Source: the human T2T-CHM13v2.0 reference genome, Homo sapiens. From it: DNA of 64,000 nt. Shown here in pieces: positions 46,125 through 57,832 of the stretch. Within the stretch, counting starts at the first letter, position 1. Each line of letters starts with the position of its first letter. Under the pieces are notes generated by a model, which did not search any database, was not told the DNA's origin, and worked only from the letters and a program-made list of their open reading frames with translations. The stretch is taken from the NCBI RefSeq assembly GCF_009914755.1, contig NC_060930.1; one strand, 5' to 3'. The translations under genes and the position numbers were made by a program.

Positions 46125-46208
46125 CTACTGTAAACTCTCCTAGTACTACACCACCCACTGTCACCACTAACATGCCTGTTACTAACAGAATCGATAAACA
46201 AAGGAATG
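46125..46208 (+). CDS. ADGRG6: ADGRG6 exon 6 (84 nt, 28 aa, alternatively spliced S1/S2 cassette), Ser/Thr/Pro-rich linker
   Basis: (A)TVNSPSTTPPTVTTNMPVTNRIDKQRN. Acceptor ccag|, donor ATG|GTAAGA. Symmetric phase 1. Confidence 0.95.
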
Positions 46209-46834
46209 GTAAGAAATCATTACCTTTTATATTTTTAGTATGTCTAACATAAAAAATTGTATTCTAAGGATGGAAATATGTATTATTCCAACAAAGTGTC
46301 TGTTACTGGAGTCAATTGGTACATTTGTAGGTTTACAAGATTAGTAAAATTAATAAAGATCACTTAACTCTGTTGAGTTCCTCATTCTTATGACGAGTGG
46401 AATGAGTACATCTCCAGTACTCCTCTTTTGCGCTTTTAGCCAAAATTTTTTTCAAAGGAAGTTTTAGGGGAAAGGCATTTAATTAGAAGGCATTAATGTG
46501 CATCATAATAGAGATCAGAGAAAAACGTATTTCCATGGTATTTTGTCAGATTATTTGCTGCAGGAAACAAGTTTTAAAGGATTTTATAAATTTCAAAAAA
46601 TTAAGTAATTTTAATAATTTAATTTCTCACTTAAGTGAACTTTATGGTCATATATTTGTGACATTTACATCAATGTCCATAGTAATACTTTGCTTTCTGT
46701 TTTTATTTGCCGAAGAATAATAGAATATGATTATATATCAACTAAAACAAATCAAATTTTGAATGACAACTTCAAATACTTCTTGCTTTTTTCTCCAAAT
46801 ATACTTTTCTATTATTTATAATTTGCAAATACAG

Positions 46835-46843
46835 CAGTGTACG
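46835..46843 (+). other. Candidate 9-nt (or 6-nt from 46838) in-frame microexon in intron 6
   Basis: 109-nt AG-free zone, pyrimidine tract, TGC motif, CAGCAG acceptor, donor ACG|GTAAGA. Length divisible by 3, no stop. Confidence 0.4.
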
Positions 46844-47423
46844 GTAAGAAATAAACAGAGGAAAAGTCAGGTGAGTGGAATTCTTTAACCTGTTCCTAGA
46901 TGAACGACATACATGGCCTTTCAGTAATTCACAGTGAGCAATTTCAGTTTCTTCTAATAAAAGAGAAATTCCAATCAGGTGACCACACCATTGCTTTGAA
47001 TACAGTAATATTCTCAAATATGAAGCATTAGAAACAAAGGAATTTTCTAAACTCCAGTCATTTAGCTTATGAGGCCAAGACATCTGTAATATATCACCAG
47101 GGACCCAAAACCCTGAGAAAAGAAACCCACATAGTTCATTTTTTCTTGGCTTCAGAGGTTACATCAATTTCCTCTGTAGGACATTTAAATTGGAACTATG
47201 GAATATTTTACATGAAACATAGATATAAATTTCAGTAGGGTTATAAAGACATCGATTCAGATAGTGTTTATGGTTATTCTGATAGTTACACCAAGGAGAT
47301 TTATGATGGAGCAAAAATTCCAGCAACCCCCAAGAAAGCAACAGCAGCTGAAATTTCCAGTGCATATTTCACATGGACTCTAGCCAGTAGATGGGAATAT
47401 TATAATTCTAACTAAGTATTTCA

Positions 47424-47447
47424 CTCTTTGTATGAACATACAAAGAG
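47424..47447. promoter_or_regulatory. Hairpin CTCTTTGTAT-GAAC-ATACAAAGAG in intron 6 (matches the known enhancer/APOBEC mutation hotspot)
   Basis: Perfect 10-bp inverted repeat around a TGAACA core, in intron 6 of ADGRG6. Confidence 0.85.
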
Positions 47448-48580
47448 CCTCTGTGGTATTCTCCCTCCAGGATTGACACATCCTCTACTGTCCAAGAACA
47501 TTTATACGGTGCTTCAGAGTCCTTGACTTGGTGGAGTGGAGCTGTATTCACTCAATCATGTCATTTCTGACATTCTTGAAGAAAGCCTTGTTTAGGCCAT
47601 CTCTCTCTGCGTCATAACCTTCATTGGAGTTTTAACAAAGCAAGCAAATGTTAGAATCAGTTAAAATGGTCTGTCTTGACCACATTAATGAAAAAAATCT
47701 AATTCAGATAATTCTTAATCAAAATGTCATCAGCGTTTAAAAATATTCAGGTCATTATATGACAGAAATATTCTCAAAATTGTGTTCTCAAATTTGTGTA
47801 CCATCTTAACAATTGTTATTTTTACCATGTCTCTGAACCACCTATACTATTTACTATGTTTTTTTTCCTAAATTGACTCACTTTTTAATGTAAACATTTG
47901 TGTTTACTTGGGAAAATCTATTTCACAATTGTAAAGTGAAACCAGTCCTACTTGTTATAACACAGTTGTAAAAAGTGAATATAAATATAATGTAAACAAT
48001 GTTTTAAAATTCTCCCTGTATCCTATTGCCTTCTCACATCTTAGCGCCTGAAGCCTTTATTATCTTTTTAAAAAGGAAGACTAACAAAGTATTAGAGACA
48101 GACTATATTAAGTTTTTTTTCTTTGATGTAATCAAATTTGAAATAATTGAAAAGAGAATTACTTTTTCACCTTATGAATACATGCTATTTAATGTCATGT
48201 CCTGGATTATCATCATTGATATAACATTAATAATTTCTTATTCTTTGGGAAACAGAGAGTAAAGATTCTCAGGCTTACATTCTGATATATTAGAGAATAC
48301 TATTTTATTTACTGTAAGAAAGATTGGCACAACTGTCAAATCTATTATCTAATTTGTCCATTCCTTTTAACTCTTGGCTATCAGAATTTTACTGAATTAA
48401 TCAATAACAATATTGCATTGTGGGGAGAGGAGAGGGGTTGAGTTTGCTTGATAATCAGATATATTTATCATAGTATATCAATAGAATTTGTTTTCCTGGC
48501 TTTTGTGAAATGTCCCTGTTTTTCTGTGTGAAGTTATTTTTGTTGTTTGCAATAGGACTTTTATCTGATACCTCAAATTA

Positions 48581-49443
48581 CACTAAGTCCTCATTAATGT
48601 CATTGATAGGTTCTTGGAAATTCTGACTTTGAGTAAAATAACATGTAATGAAACCAATCTTACCATAGGCTGATTGATATAAACAAGAGTTAAGTTCCTA
48701 CGGCATATTTCTGGTCACAGAAACATCACCAAACTTCCAAATAAAGGCCGAAACACTTCTAATATTAAACATTGCAGTTAATATGAGCTGTACATACATT
48801 TAAGAAACATTAGTGAAAACAAGTAAGATAATTGATTGCCCAATTTTGGGTGAGCCAGTGAGTGACTGCAGTCTTAGTGGCGGTGGTGGGTTAAATCAAG
48901 AAACAAATTTTTGCACAATGAAAATTGTGAGGAGCACCTCCTGCCACCAAGCAGTTCCAAAACAATCACCAATATGGGGGTTTGCCGAGTGCTTTCATAC
49001 TGTATCACTTATTGTCGTGCATTTATATGATTATCTTATACTTTATGAATTTTTGTTTTACAGTAATTTGTAGCCATTCATTCATTGACTTTCCAACCTG
49101 CTTATTCCATCCAGTTCAGGGTAGCGGGTGGCTGGAGCCATCTGGGCAGCTCGGGGCAGCAGGCAGAAACTAGCCCTGGCCAGGACTCCATCCCATGGCA
49201 GGGCACACTCACACACACCCACACCCACTCACACTGGGACCATGTAGACAGGCCAGTGAATCCAAGGTACACAGCTTTGGGATGTGGGAAGACACTGGAG
49301 GACCTGGAGAAACCCCATGAAGACAAGGGGAGAACATGCAGACCCTACGCAGACAGGGGACCTGGCCAGGCATTGAGTCGTCTCCTCATCAACTTTGTAA
49401 TGAAGCTCTGTTGAATGAAATGATGTTACTCAAGGACCTGCTG
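48581..49443 (-). mobile_element. Full-length MER6 (TcMar-Tigger non-autonomous DNA transposon)
   Basis: 863 bp; TIR-like ends cactaagtcctc / aaggacctgctg; TA on the left flank; internal ctttgggatgtgggaag...ggagaaaccca...ggggagaacatgca core. Confidence 0.85.
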
Positions 49444-50816
49444 TGTACACTAAGAAAGTCTTTAAAGCTACTTTTCACAAACAGATATTTCAGGATATGG
49501 GTAATCTGGGGATTCCCACAAATAATGATCTTTTTTATGTTTTCCATTACATTCCCAAGAAAAGCTCTTGGACTAATTATTATTCCATTCCAAATCATAT
49601 CTTCTCTGCTCAAACATCACTAGCTACTGAATAGTAAGCTTTTGTGAGGTTGTCACAAGCAACCCAAGTAAGGAATTAACTCCATTAGTCTCTATTATTG
49701 TTCTAAAAACCTAGTTTACAAGTAAGTACAGATTGTAACACTGCTTCCAGTTTCTCACATACGTTTAGCTGCTTAAATAACAAATTCCTTCTAAGATCAT
49801 TTGAATGGATCCATTACTCTAGCTTTTTATGCCATATGTCTTAAAGAAATTGTGTATGTAGGAGCTGCAGGATGCCAGTCATATTGTAAATGCCACTGTC
49901 GTAATAGAATTGCCTCATCACTAGTTCAAAGAAATAACCAGGTGTCTAGATTAGCATTTGGTTTATATTTTAACGTCTATTTTTTCAAATAGGCCTATCA
50001 TTTCAAACCTGTATTTTACGTCCTTGAAATAGCATAGATAGAGCAGTGTCATTTCTGTATTCTCCAAGAAACTCTGAAAAAAGTGTAAGAAGATAAAAAA
50101 GGGAAAGATTAATTGGAGAGAGACCTACAAAAAATAATGTTGTTTTGATACATTGGTAATGGCAGACAGTGATTTCTGCTTGAAGTTCTACATGCTGAAA
50201 GAAGTATCTAAATGGAAAATGGATATATTCTTAAATCATTTTTCCCCAATTAATGTCTATAATAAATTCTTTGGGCCTAGATGTCATTATTAGGATAGTA
50301 CATACATATTTTGAAGTCTCTGGAACACATGAAGATTTGTGAATAGCTTTTAAAACACCGTGAGTGTTGTTAACATTTGTAAGAGAGGACAACTTTACTG
50401 CTATGGTAACATGGAAAATCCTGCATAAGTGTGTCTTAATTATGCATTTCCTCCAATGGCAATGTTGAAGCCAATTATTTTGCTGTAGTCCAAAACCCTG
50501 CTCATCAGCCCTTCAGTGGGCATATTTTTTTATGTTGCTTTGACAGTTCACTCTTGGACTTTTCTCATGGTTACTTGTTGACTGCACTATTCCAAAATTT
50601 TAAATAAGTATAACAAGTGGACTGGGGCAGGAAACAATGTTTAAAGAAAACATCTTAAATATTTGGATGCTTTCTTAAAAATTCAGAAATGTCAATGATT
50701 TTTAGAATTTTGCAATATTTTCCTTAGAGGGAACAAATACTACTGTTATAACAAAAGCATGCTTTAGGTTTCCATCTAGTGGTGGCTTTTCAGATACTCT
50801 GCTAGCATTGATAATA

Positions 50817-51185
50817 CAGATGCTCCTCCACTTACGGTAGGGTTTGCATTCCTATAAACCCACTATTAAGTTGAAAATACTGGAAAATATCAAAAGTCAA
50901 AAATACATTTAATACACCCAACTTGCTGAACATCATAGCTTGCTGAACCCACCTTAAACACGTTCAGAACACTTACCTTAGCCTACAGCTGGGCAAAATC
51001 ATCTAACACAGAGTCTATTTTATAATAAAGTGTTGAATATCTCATGTACTTTATTGAATGCTGAACTTAAAGTGAAAAGTGAAATGGTCATATGGGTACT
51101 AGAAGTACAGTTTCCACCGAATGCCTGTTGTTTTCCCACCATCGTAAAGTTGAATGATCTTGAACTGTAAGTAGGGAAGCTTCTG
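50817..51185. mobile_element. Tigger4b/Zombi-type MITE
   Basis: TA-cagatgctcctccacttacg ... gtaagtagggaagcttctg-TA; about 370 bp. Confidence 0.85.
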
Positions 51186-52603
51186 TATAGTCACAGAATA
51201 TTATCAGGATCCTGAAATAACTCTTTGACCCTTGCAATTCTGAATTTCCTCCCAATCATTCAGAACATCTGTGATTTTATTTGATGAGATCCACAGTGTA
51301 AAAGTTATCTTTATATGAATTATTTGTTTTATATGTTCCTCCAAATATTTTTCATTCAGAACATTTTTTAAAGGAATATAAAAGTCAAGATCATTAAAAT
51401 ACCCGAAGAATTTTAGAAGTTGAAATAGTCTGCATAAATTAAACTCACCTGTGCTTGGACTTGTGCCAGTTTTATATATTTATATTACTACATCCAGGGG
51501 CAGCAATTTATATTGTTTAGCACAAGACTCTGATTCTTACTGGAAAGACATTCCTTTGGTAGTGGGACTGGAATTTGCATTTTGGTGGATTTGGAAATTC
51601 CCAGAGGCAAACTTTTACATTTTTTTTTCTACTGCCTCCCCACAATTTTTACTGTTTTCTTCAACATTGCTATAATTATGTATTTCTATATTTTGTGTGC
51701 CTATTTTACTTAAGACTTACCTAAACATAAGCATGAAGAAAGATGATCAACAAAGGAGACTCAAAAAATTTTCTTCTCTCTGTATCTTACCATAATTTAA
51801 AAGGGTATTTTTCTTACTAGCTACTTTGACTAAAGCACCCATTTACAGCTATTTAGCAAACCCTTGCTGGTGAGTTTGATTTTTCATTTTAAAAAATCAG
51901 TTTACTTTAAAGATTCCCCCCACCCAAAGAGCAGAATCTTCTTTACAATAAGGTTTTCTTTTTATTTTCTTTTTCAAGTGATTTAGTCCAATGAAAATTC
52001 TACCTGCAAATATTGTTTCTTTTTTTCCCTCTATTTTGGTATAAATGAGCATATTTAAGAAATTTTGATGAAAAGTCTGGTGAAATGCAGCCTAGTAGTT
52101 TAATAGAAGTATTTTATTAAGCAGGGGAAAGAGAGGAAAAGGAGAGGAATTAGGGTAGTAAGTATGTGTATGCCTGTTCTGCTTTTTCAAGTTAATTCCT
52201 CCATATGATCTCATTCAAGTTTTCACATCCCAAACTCTTTATCATTCTTTATAATGCACAGAAAGCATAATGCCTGTTATAAGAAGTCAAATTGTACATG
52301 AAAACAGTTAACACATTACAGACAGTAGATATAAGAAATCTATAGAATTAAAAATATGAAGAAACATATGCAAGTAATAAGAGTAAGCTAATTGATAACT
52401 ATTTCTAAGAAGTTGGAAGGTCAATAAGCTTAACATCAAAATATTTCAGAACTTTTTTTGCCTATGTAGAAGGTGTTTCTTTTAACTTATATTGTAAATT
52501 ATGTGATTATGAATAAAACTATATGATTATGTAAGACTTACATGATCATAACTTTAAATTGTTTGATAATTATATAACTATAAACATATAATTAATGGAC
52601 TAA

Positions 52604-52735
<132 letters not shown>

Positions 52736-52989
52736 TAAAAAAATTCTTTAACTTCTGGGAATCTGGAAAAGACTAGTTAACTGAATCCACAGATCATACT
52801 GAAACACAGATGGTATTCATTAGAAATATATGAGTAGATATGTAAGTGAGGTGTTGTCCTTATGCATAGGAAGAGAAGTACATTTGAATAAAGGATAAGA
52901 ACTGAGCCTAATAGACTATCAATGTCTTAAATAAGAAAAGTATCGCACAAATGGAAATAGATTTTGGTGGCAACAGGTATCTGTATTTC

Positions 52990-53700
52990 ATATTAGATCC
53001 ATGTATTTTCTGCTATATTTTTAAATAGATTATTTTAAAAATTGTTTGAATGTTTGATCAAAACCAGCAAGTATGAAAAGACGCATTATGAAAGTCTTCC
53101 ACCCATCCTTGCTGCTCATCTGCATGGAACCAACCCAATAACCAACAGCAAATAGGAAATCACTATTAGTTTTCTCCGCTTTTTTCCAGATTTCTTTGTG
53201 CACATGAAAGAAAATTAAACTATAGATTCTTATTTTCCTTCTTTTTTACACGAAAAGTAGTATACTTTACATACCGTTCTATACCGTACTTATTTTTATT
53301 GTTGCCAGATTTGCAACATTAGAGAACTACATGTTTTTTTTGTTTTGAAAAAACAATGCATAATATTTCATTATGTGGCTGTTCAGTCATTTATTTAGCA
53401 GATCTTCTGTTGATGGACAGTTAGGCTGTAATTTATTTAACCAGTATCCTATTGGTAAACATTTTGTAGTTTTCAATTTAAAAAATTTAACATTTTATTT
53501 TCTTCTTTTTCTTACAAATACAACACATGGATTTTTTCATTTTCTTCTTCACAATAACAATCTCAATTTTATTTTCCATAGGTTTCTATTTTTTCTATTA
53601 TTTCATTTCCTACCTACAGCATACTGTGAGACTTTGTACTTCTTTTTATATATAATGCTGTTACAGTTCAAACAATTTTTTTAATTGAGTCACTATACAT
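52990..53700 (-). mobile_element. Ancient L1M fragment
   Basis: ttatttagcagatcttctgttgatggacagttaggctg and ttaaccagtatcctattggtaaacattt resemble reverse L1ME 3' sequence. Confidence 0.5.
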
Positions 53701-53797
53701 TCTGAAATAAGAAAAATGGGTTTTCATATATATTTGGTGTTTGATAAACGTGTCTTTGGTAGCAAAAGAAAGTTTACGCATTGAGAGGAAGTGGTAG

Positions 53798-53800
<3 letters not shown>

Positions 53801-53844
<44 letters not shown>
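53801..53844. repeat. (CA)22 microsatellite
   Basis: Uninterrupted CA run. Confidence 0.98.
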
Positions 53845-53847
<3 letters not shown>

Positions 53848-54929
53848 ACATCTATATATATTTGAAAAATAACTGATAGAAAACAGTCTTCATTTTAAAG
53901 GCAGTACTCTTTAAAAAAAAGTTGACCATAGGTAACAATAGTAGGTAATTAACTCTGTTACAAAGTTGGTGAGAAAGGTGAAATCCTCTACTGAAATAAA
54001 AGAAAAATACTACGTTTGATTTTTGGGAATGCCACATTGAGATTAGTAACTCATTCAAATACTAGGAGATGTTTAACCTCTCAATGGAGAGAGCAGGCTG
54101 CAGAAAGAGTATATTCTTTCTGTGTATCCCATTTTCTTTCCAGAGTTGTTCTTTTTGTTTAAAGTTAGAGTGATTTCAGAAGATAAAATTCTTTATTTTC
54201 ATTCTCAAATAAGCTACTGTTAGCTTATTTGTGCAAATAATGGGTAATGTTATTAATCTAAATTTAGCATTCACTAGAAAGTTTGTGCTAGATAAGGTAT
54301 AAGCTTACATTTATATTTACTTCATGCATGGTTTTCAACATAGCTTTATTCTCATCTGCAGCTAAACTTTACTAGACATTTTTGTTTAAAATGCAAGATA
54401 CCAAAGCAGATACTTGATAACAGAGAAAATATAAATAGTGTACCTGTTTCAAATTATTACTATTTACAATTTTAAAATAATTTAACATTTTTTTTGCCAG
54501 GATTCCCTAAAACTTACATTCAGTTTTAGAAATGCTTAAAAGAGAGGCTAAATGTGTGTATGAAACAAGGCCTAAATCACTATTCGGAGATGATATGTAA
54601 ATAGGAGTCTCTCATGTCAGTGAGGGAATCTCGTTTTGCAGTTGTATGGGAAACTGCATCATAGAAGCTTCTTTATATTGGAGGAATCCATTGCTTCATT
54701 AAAAACTCTTATGCTGAGACCATAAAGACTGCTAAATAACCACATAATAAATACATAGTTCCAATAGTATTGAACTTATTTTATTTTTTTAATTTATATT
54801 GTTAATTTATAATTTTTCTTATTACTAATATTGTGAGATGGTAATTACTAGAAAAATGTTTAGTGTATCTTAGTGTTGTTAAATGAAGAATAGAGAAGAT
54901 ATTTATTGCAAATCTTCTTTAATATGAGG

Positions 54930-55150
54930 GCTAGAGAGGAAATGATAGTTTTCCAAACAGACAGACTTGGGTTCCAATCTGGCATCTGCTACTGCTTACT
55001 TGGGTGATCTTGGGCAAACCATTTCTTATCTGTGAAAGCTCAGTTTCTTTATATATAAGACTATGGGGTGTGTGGGGATAATACCTATTTCATTGGTTGT
55101 TGTGAGGATTGAAAGGAATAACATTTATCAAATTCTTGGTATACAGTGAT
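54930..55150 (+). mobile_element. MIR
   Basis: agacagacttgggttccaatctggc...gggtgatcttgggcaa...ctcagtttctt...ggttgttgtgaggattgaa. Confidence 0.75.
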
Positions 55151-55312
55151 CCATTAACTGTTACAATGATCCATTAACTGTTCACTCCTCCAACTCTTCA
55201 GGATTTTCCCAGGGTCTTATCTCAGTAACAACTTATGTTTTAGGTAGAAACTTGAATTAGATATTTTTTAAAGGTATTAGCAAAACTCAGCCTTTTCCAT
55301 TGTGTTTTCCAG

Positions 55313-55365
55313 CTCAATTCAACCTTCCAAAATTGGAACTACACGGTTTATGTCGTTAATATCAG
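55313..55365 (+). CDS. ADGRG6: ADGRG6 exon 8 (53 nt, phase 0-2), SEA domain
   Basis: LNSTFQNWNYTVYVVNI(S). Acceptor ttccag|, donor CAG|GTAAGA. Confidence 0.95.
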
Positions 55366-56225
55366 GTAAGACAGAATAAATTATTTGATAAATTAAAAGT
55401 AGTGTCTAATTTAATGCTACTATTTGTCTCTCTGATTGTACCAAAATATACATACAAATACACACACATAGCTACTATATACATAATCTTTCTAAAACAA
55501 CTGTGTATTAGTTCATTGCACAAAAAACCTCCATGCTGCAGCGATGGTTTTAAACTGTTTTGATCATGCATTACAGTTAATTTGTATTTGTTTTAAATCA
55601 TGTTATAATGTGTCAAAAATTAAAATCGGATAATTAAATATAAATAGAAGTTGTTAGTTTCTTCTCACACCCTGGTGGATCACCTAGAGCACCCCCTGGT
55701 TGTGTGTACCCATTTCAAGACCACTTTTTTTTCCAGATCTAATTTCGTACATCGACAGTCTGTCTGATTGCAACCTAACTTTTCGAAATTATCCTTCACT
55801 GTATTTATATTTAAATCCTCCACTATCTTCAGCAATTTGTATTGTCCATATATCCTCCTGTGTACCTTGTTTTCATAGTTCTATACCTGAACTAGTTTTC
55901 TAAAGTGTATGTCATGACCCCTAAACATATATTCTGTGAAGATAAGAGATTTAATAACACAGAACAGGTGTCAAATTGTCATATAAGTTCAGGAAGTACG
56001 TTATTGTACAAACTGAAGCAGATTTTTTTATCAGAACGTCTCAGTTTCTTTAGTGTAATAATATGAATTGTGAATCTTCAAAACAGAGCAAAAGCACACA
56101 GTTGCCTAGCTTTCTGAAAGAAGCTAGAACCTCAGGACACACATTTGAAAATATTGGCTTAGAATTCCCATTCTGTCTCTTTATTTCAGGTCCCCAAATT
56201 TTATTGTTGATGATGTAGTTGGTGA

Positions 56226-56324
<99 letters not shown>

Positions 56325-56945
56325 TAACAGGACAAAGTATTGTAAAGAGTATAACATTCTTTCTCTTGCTCACTACTTTATCTGGTAGAGAAATGAAAAC
56401 AATTAGATAGGAAAGAAAAACTTAATCACATAGCACAGTTATTTCTTTAGCACTGCTGTACACTACTTTTTTCTTGTAGTTAAAACTGTAATGTAACAGA
56501 CTGGGTAGTAATGTATATCCAATGAAAAATAATTGAGAAATAGGGCATTTAAAATGGATGGATTATTATTTTTAGTATTTCCAGTTTATTTATCATAACC
56601 CATTGCCTCTTACTTGAAATTGCAAAGGTACCTTCAAAGAAAATAGCTTTAAATAAAGTGTTTATATATGATAACATCTAATAATATGGATAATAGATGC
56701 CTAAATGTTTTCAGCATTTAAAGCTATTAGTTAATTTTCTGAAGTCTCCCTTTTAATATTTATATCAGGATCATGCCTTAATCATGCAGGTAATTTAATG
56801 GATATGTCCAGCATATATGACCAGTTGGCATGTAAGGACCAAATGTTCAGAGTACTGTAAAACAAACAAAAAAACCCTAAATTTCCAAATGGAATAAATT
56901 TAGTTGTATTTAGGTTATTCAGGTCATGTATTGCATCTCTGTAGA

Positions 56946-57259
56946 TTTTTTTTTTTTTTTTTTTGAGACAGAGTCTCACTTTGTCACCCGGGCTGGAGTG
57001 CAGTGGTGTGACCATCACTCACTGCAGCCTTGAACTCCTAGGCTCAAATGATCCTCCTGCCTTAGCCTCCTGAGTAGCTGGGGCTACACACATGTGCTAG
57101 CATACCTGGCTAATTTTTAAAATACTATTTTTGTAGAGACTGGGTCTTGCTATGTTGCTCAGGCTCATCTCAAACTCCTGGCCTCAAGTAAACCTCCTGT
57201 CTCAGCCCCCCCCAGAGTGCTGGGATTACATGTACAGGCGTGAGATGTCATATCTGGCC
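56946..57259 (-). mobile_element. AluJ
   Basis: Reverse dimer with J-type cactgcagccttgaactcc. Confidence 0.9.
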
Positions 57260-57689
57260 TCCATACAATTTTTTAAAAATTTGTTGTGAAGCAAAAGTTT
57301 CTATAAGTCTTGCTGGATCTCAATAGACTGAATTAAATCTTATGGATATACAGCCCTGATGACGGAGCTTGCTTCTTTTCAGGTGATATCTTCTTACTAT
57401 GAAAAGATAAAATTTCATATGAGAATTGACCAGAGAGCTTTTTTTTTCTTTTCAACACTAGAAAAACAAATGTTTTGAAAGTTATATTGAAAGATGTCAT
57501 TTTTGTATACATAGTAAATGGACTGGATTGAGCCATGTGATTAGGGAAACTTGTTTTTATTTTCTGGTATTATAATTTTTTCTTTATGATATGAAAACAC
57601 AGTAGTATATTTCAGTACTGTATTCTTGAAGGTGACAGAACTCTTCTCCACTATTTAACCAAATAATTTTTTTCAATCCTTTCTGTTAG

Positions 57690-57832
57690 GTCATATTGCA
57701 TCTTCAGTAATGGATCCAGCAGCAATCAGGATCCCTTTGCTGGACACTTTGTGTAGCAACTGGGACAGCCCTGGGTTTGGTAGATATAGCCAATGGTATA
57801 CCTTCTTCAGGCAGTCAGCGTCCGCTTTTTAG
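57690..57832 (+). pseudogene. Putative decayed tandem paralogue (pseudo-exon) of ADGRG6 exon 10
   Basis: Strong acceptor; 143 nt with the same phases as exon 10; 3' end reads LLQAVSVRFL(G) vs [10 protein letters not shown](G); three in-frame TAG stops; no in-phase GT donor. Confidence 0.6.

Noticed and set aside
50525-50575. Possible small exon in intron 6
   Set aside because: Weak donor (GTTACT), 23 nt, no similarity to known exons.
55142-55181. 20-nt tandem duplication
   Set aside because: An ordinary slippage event at a MIR end.
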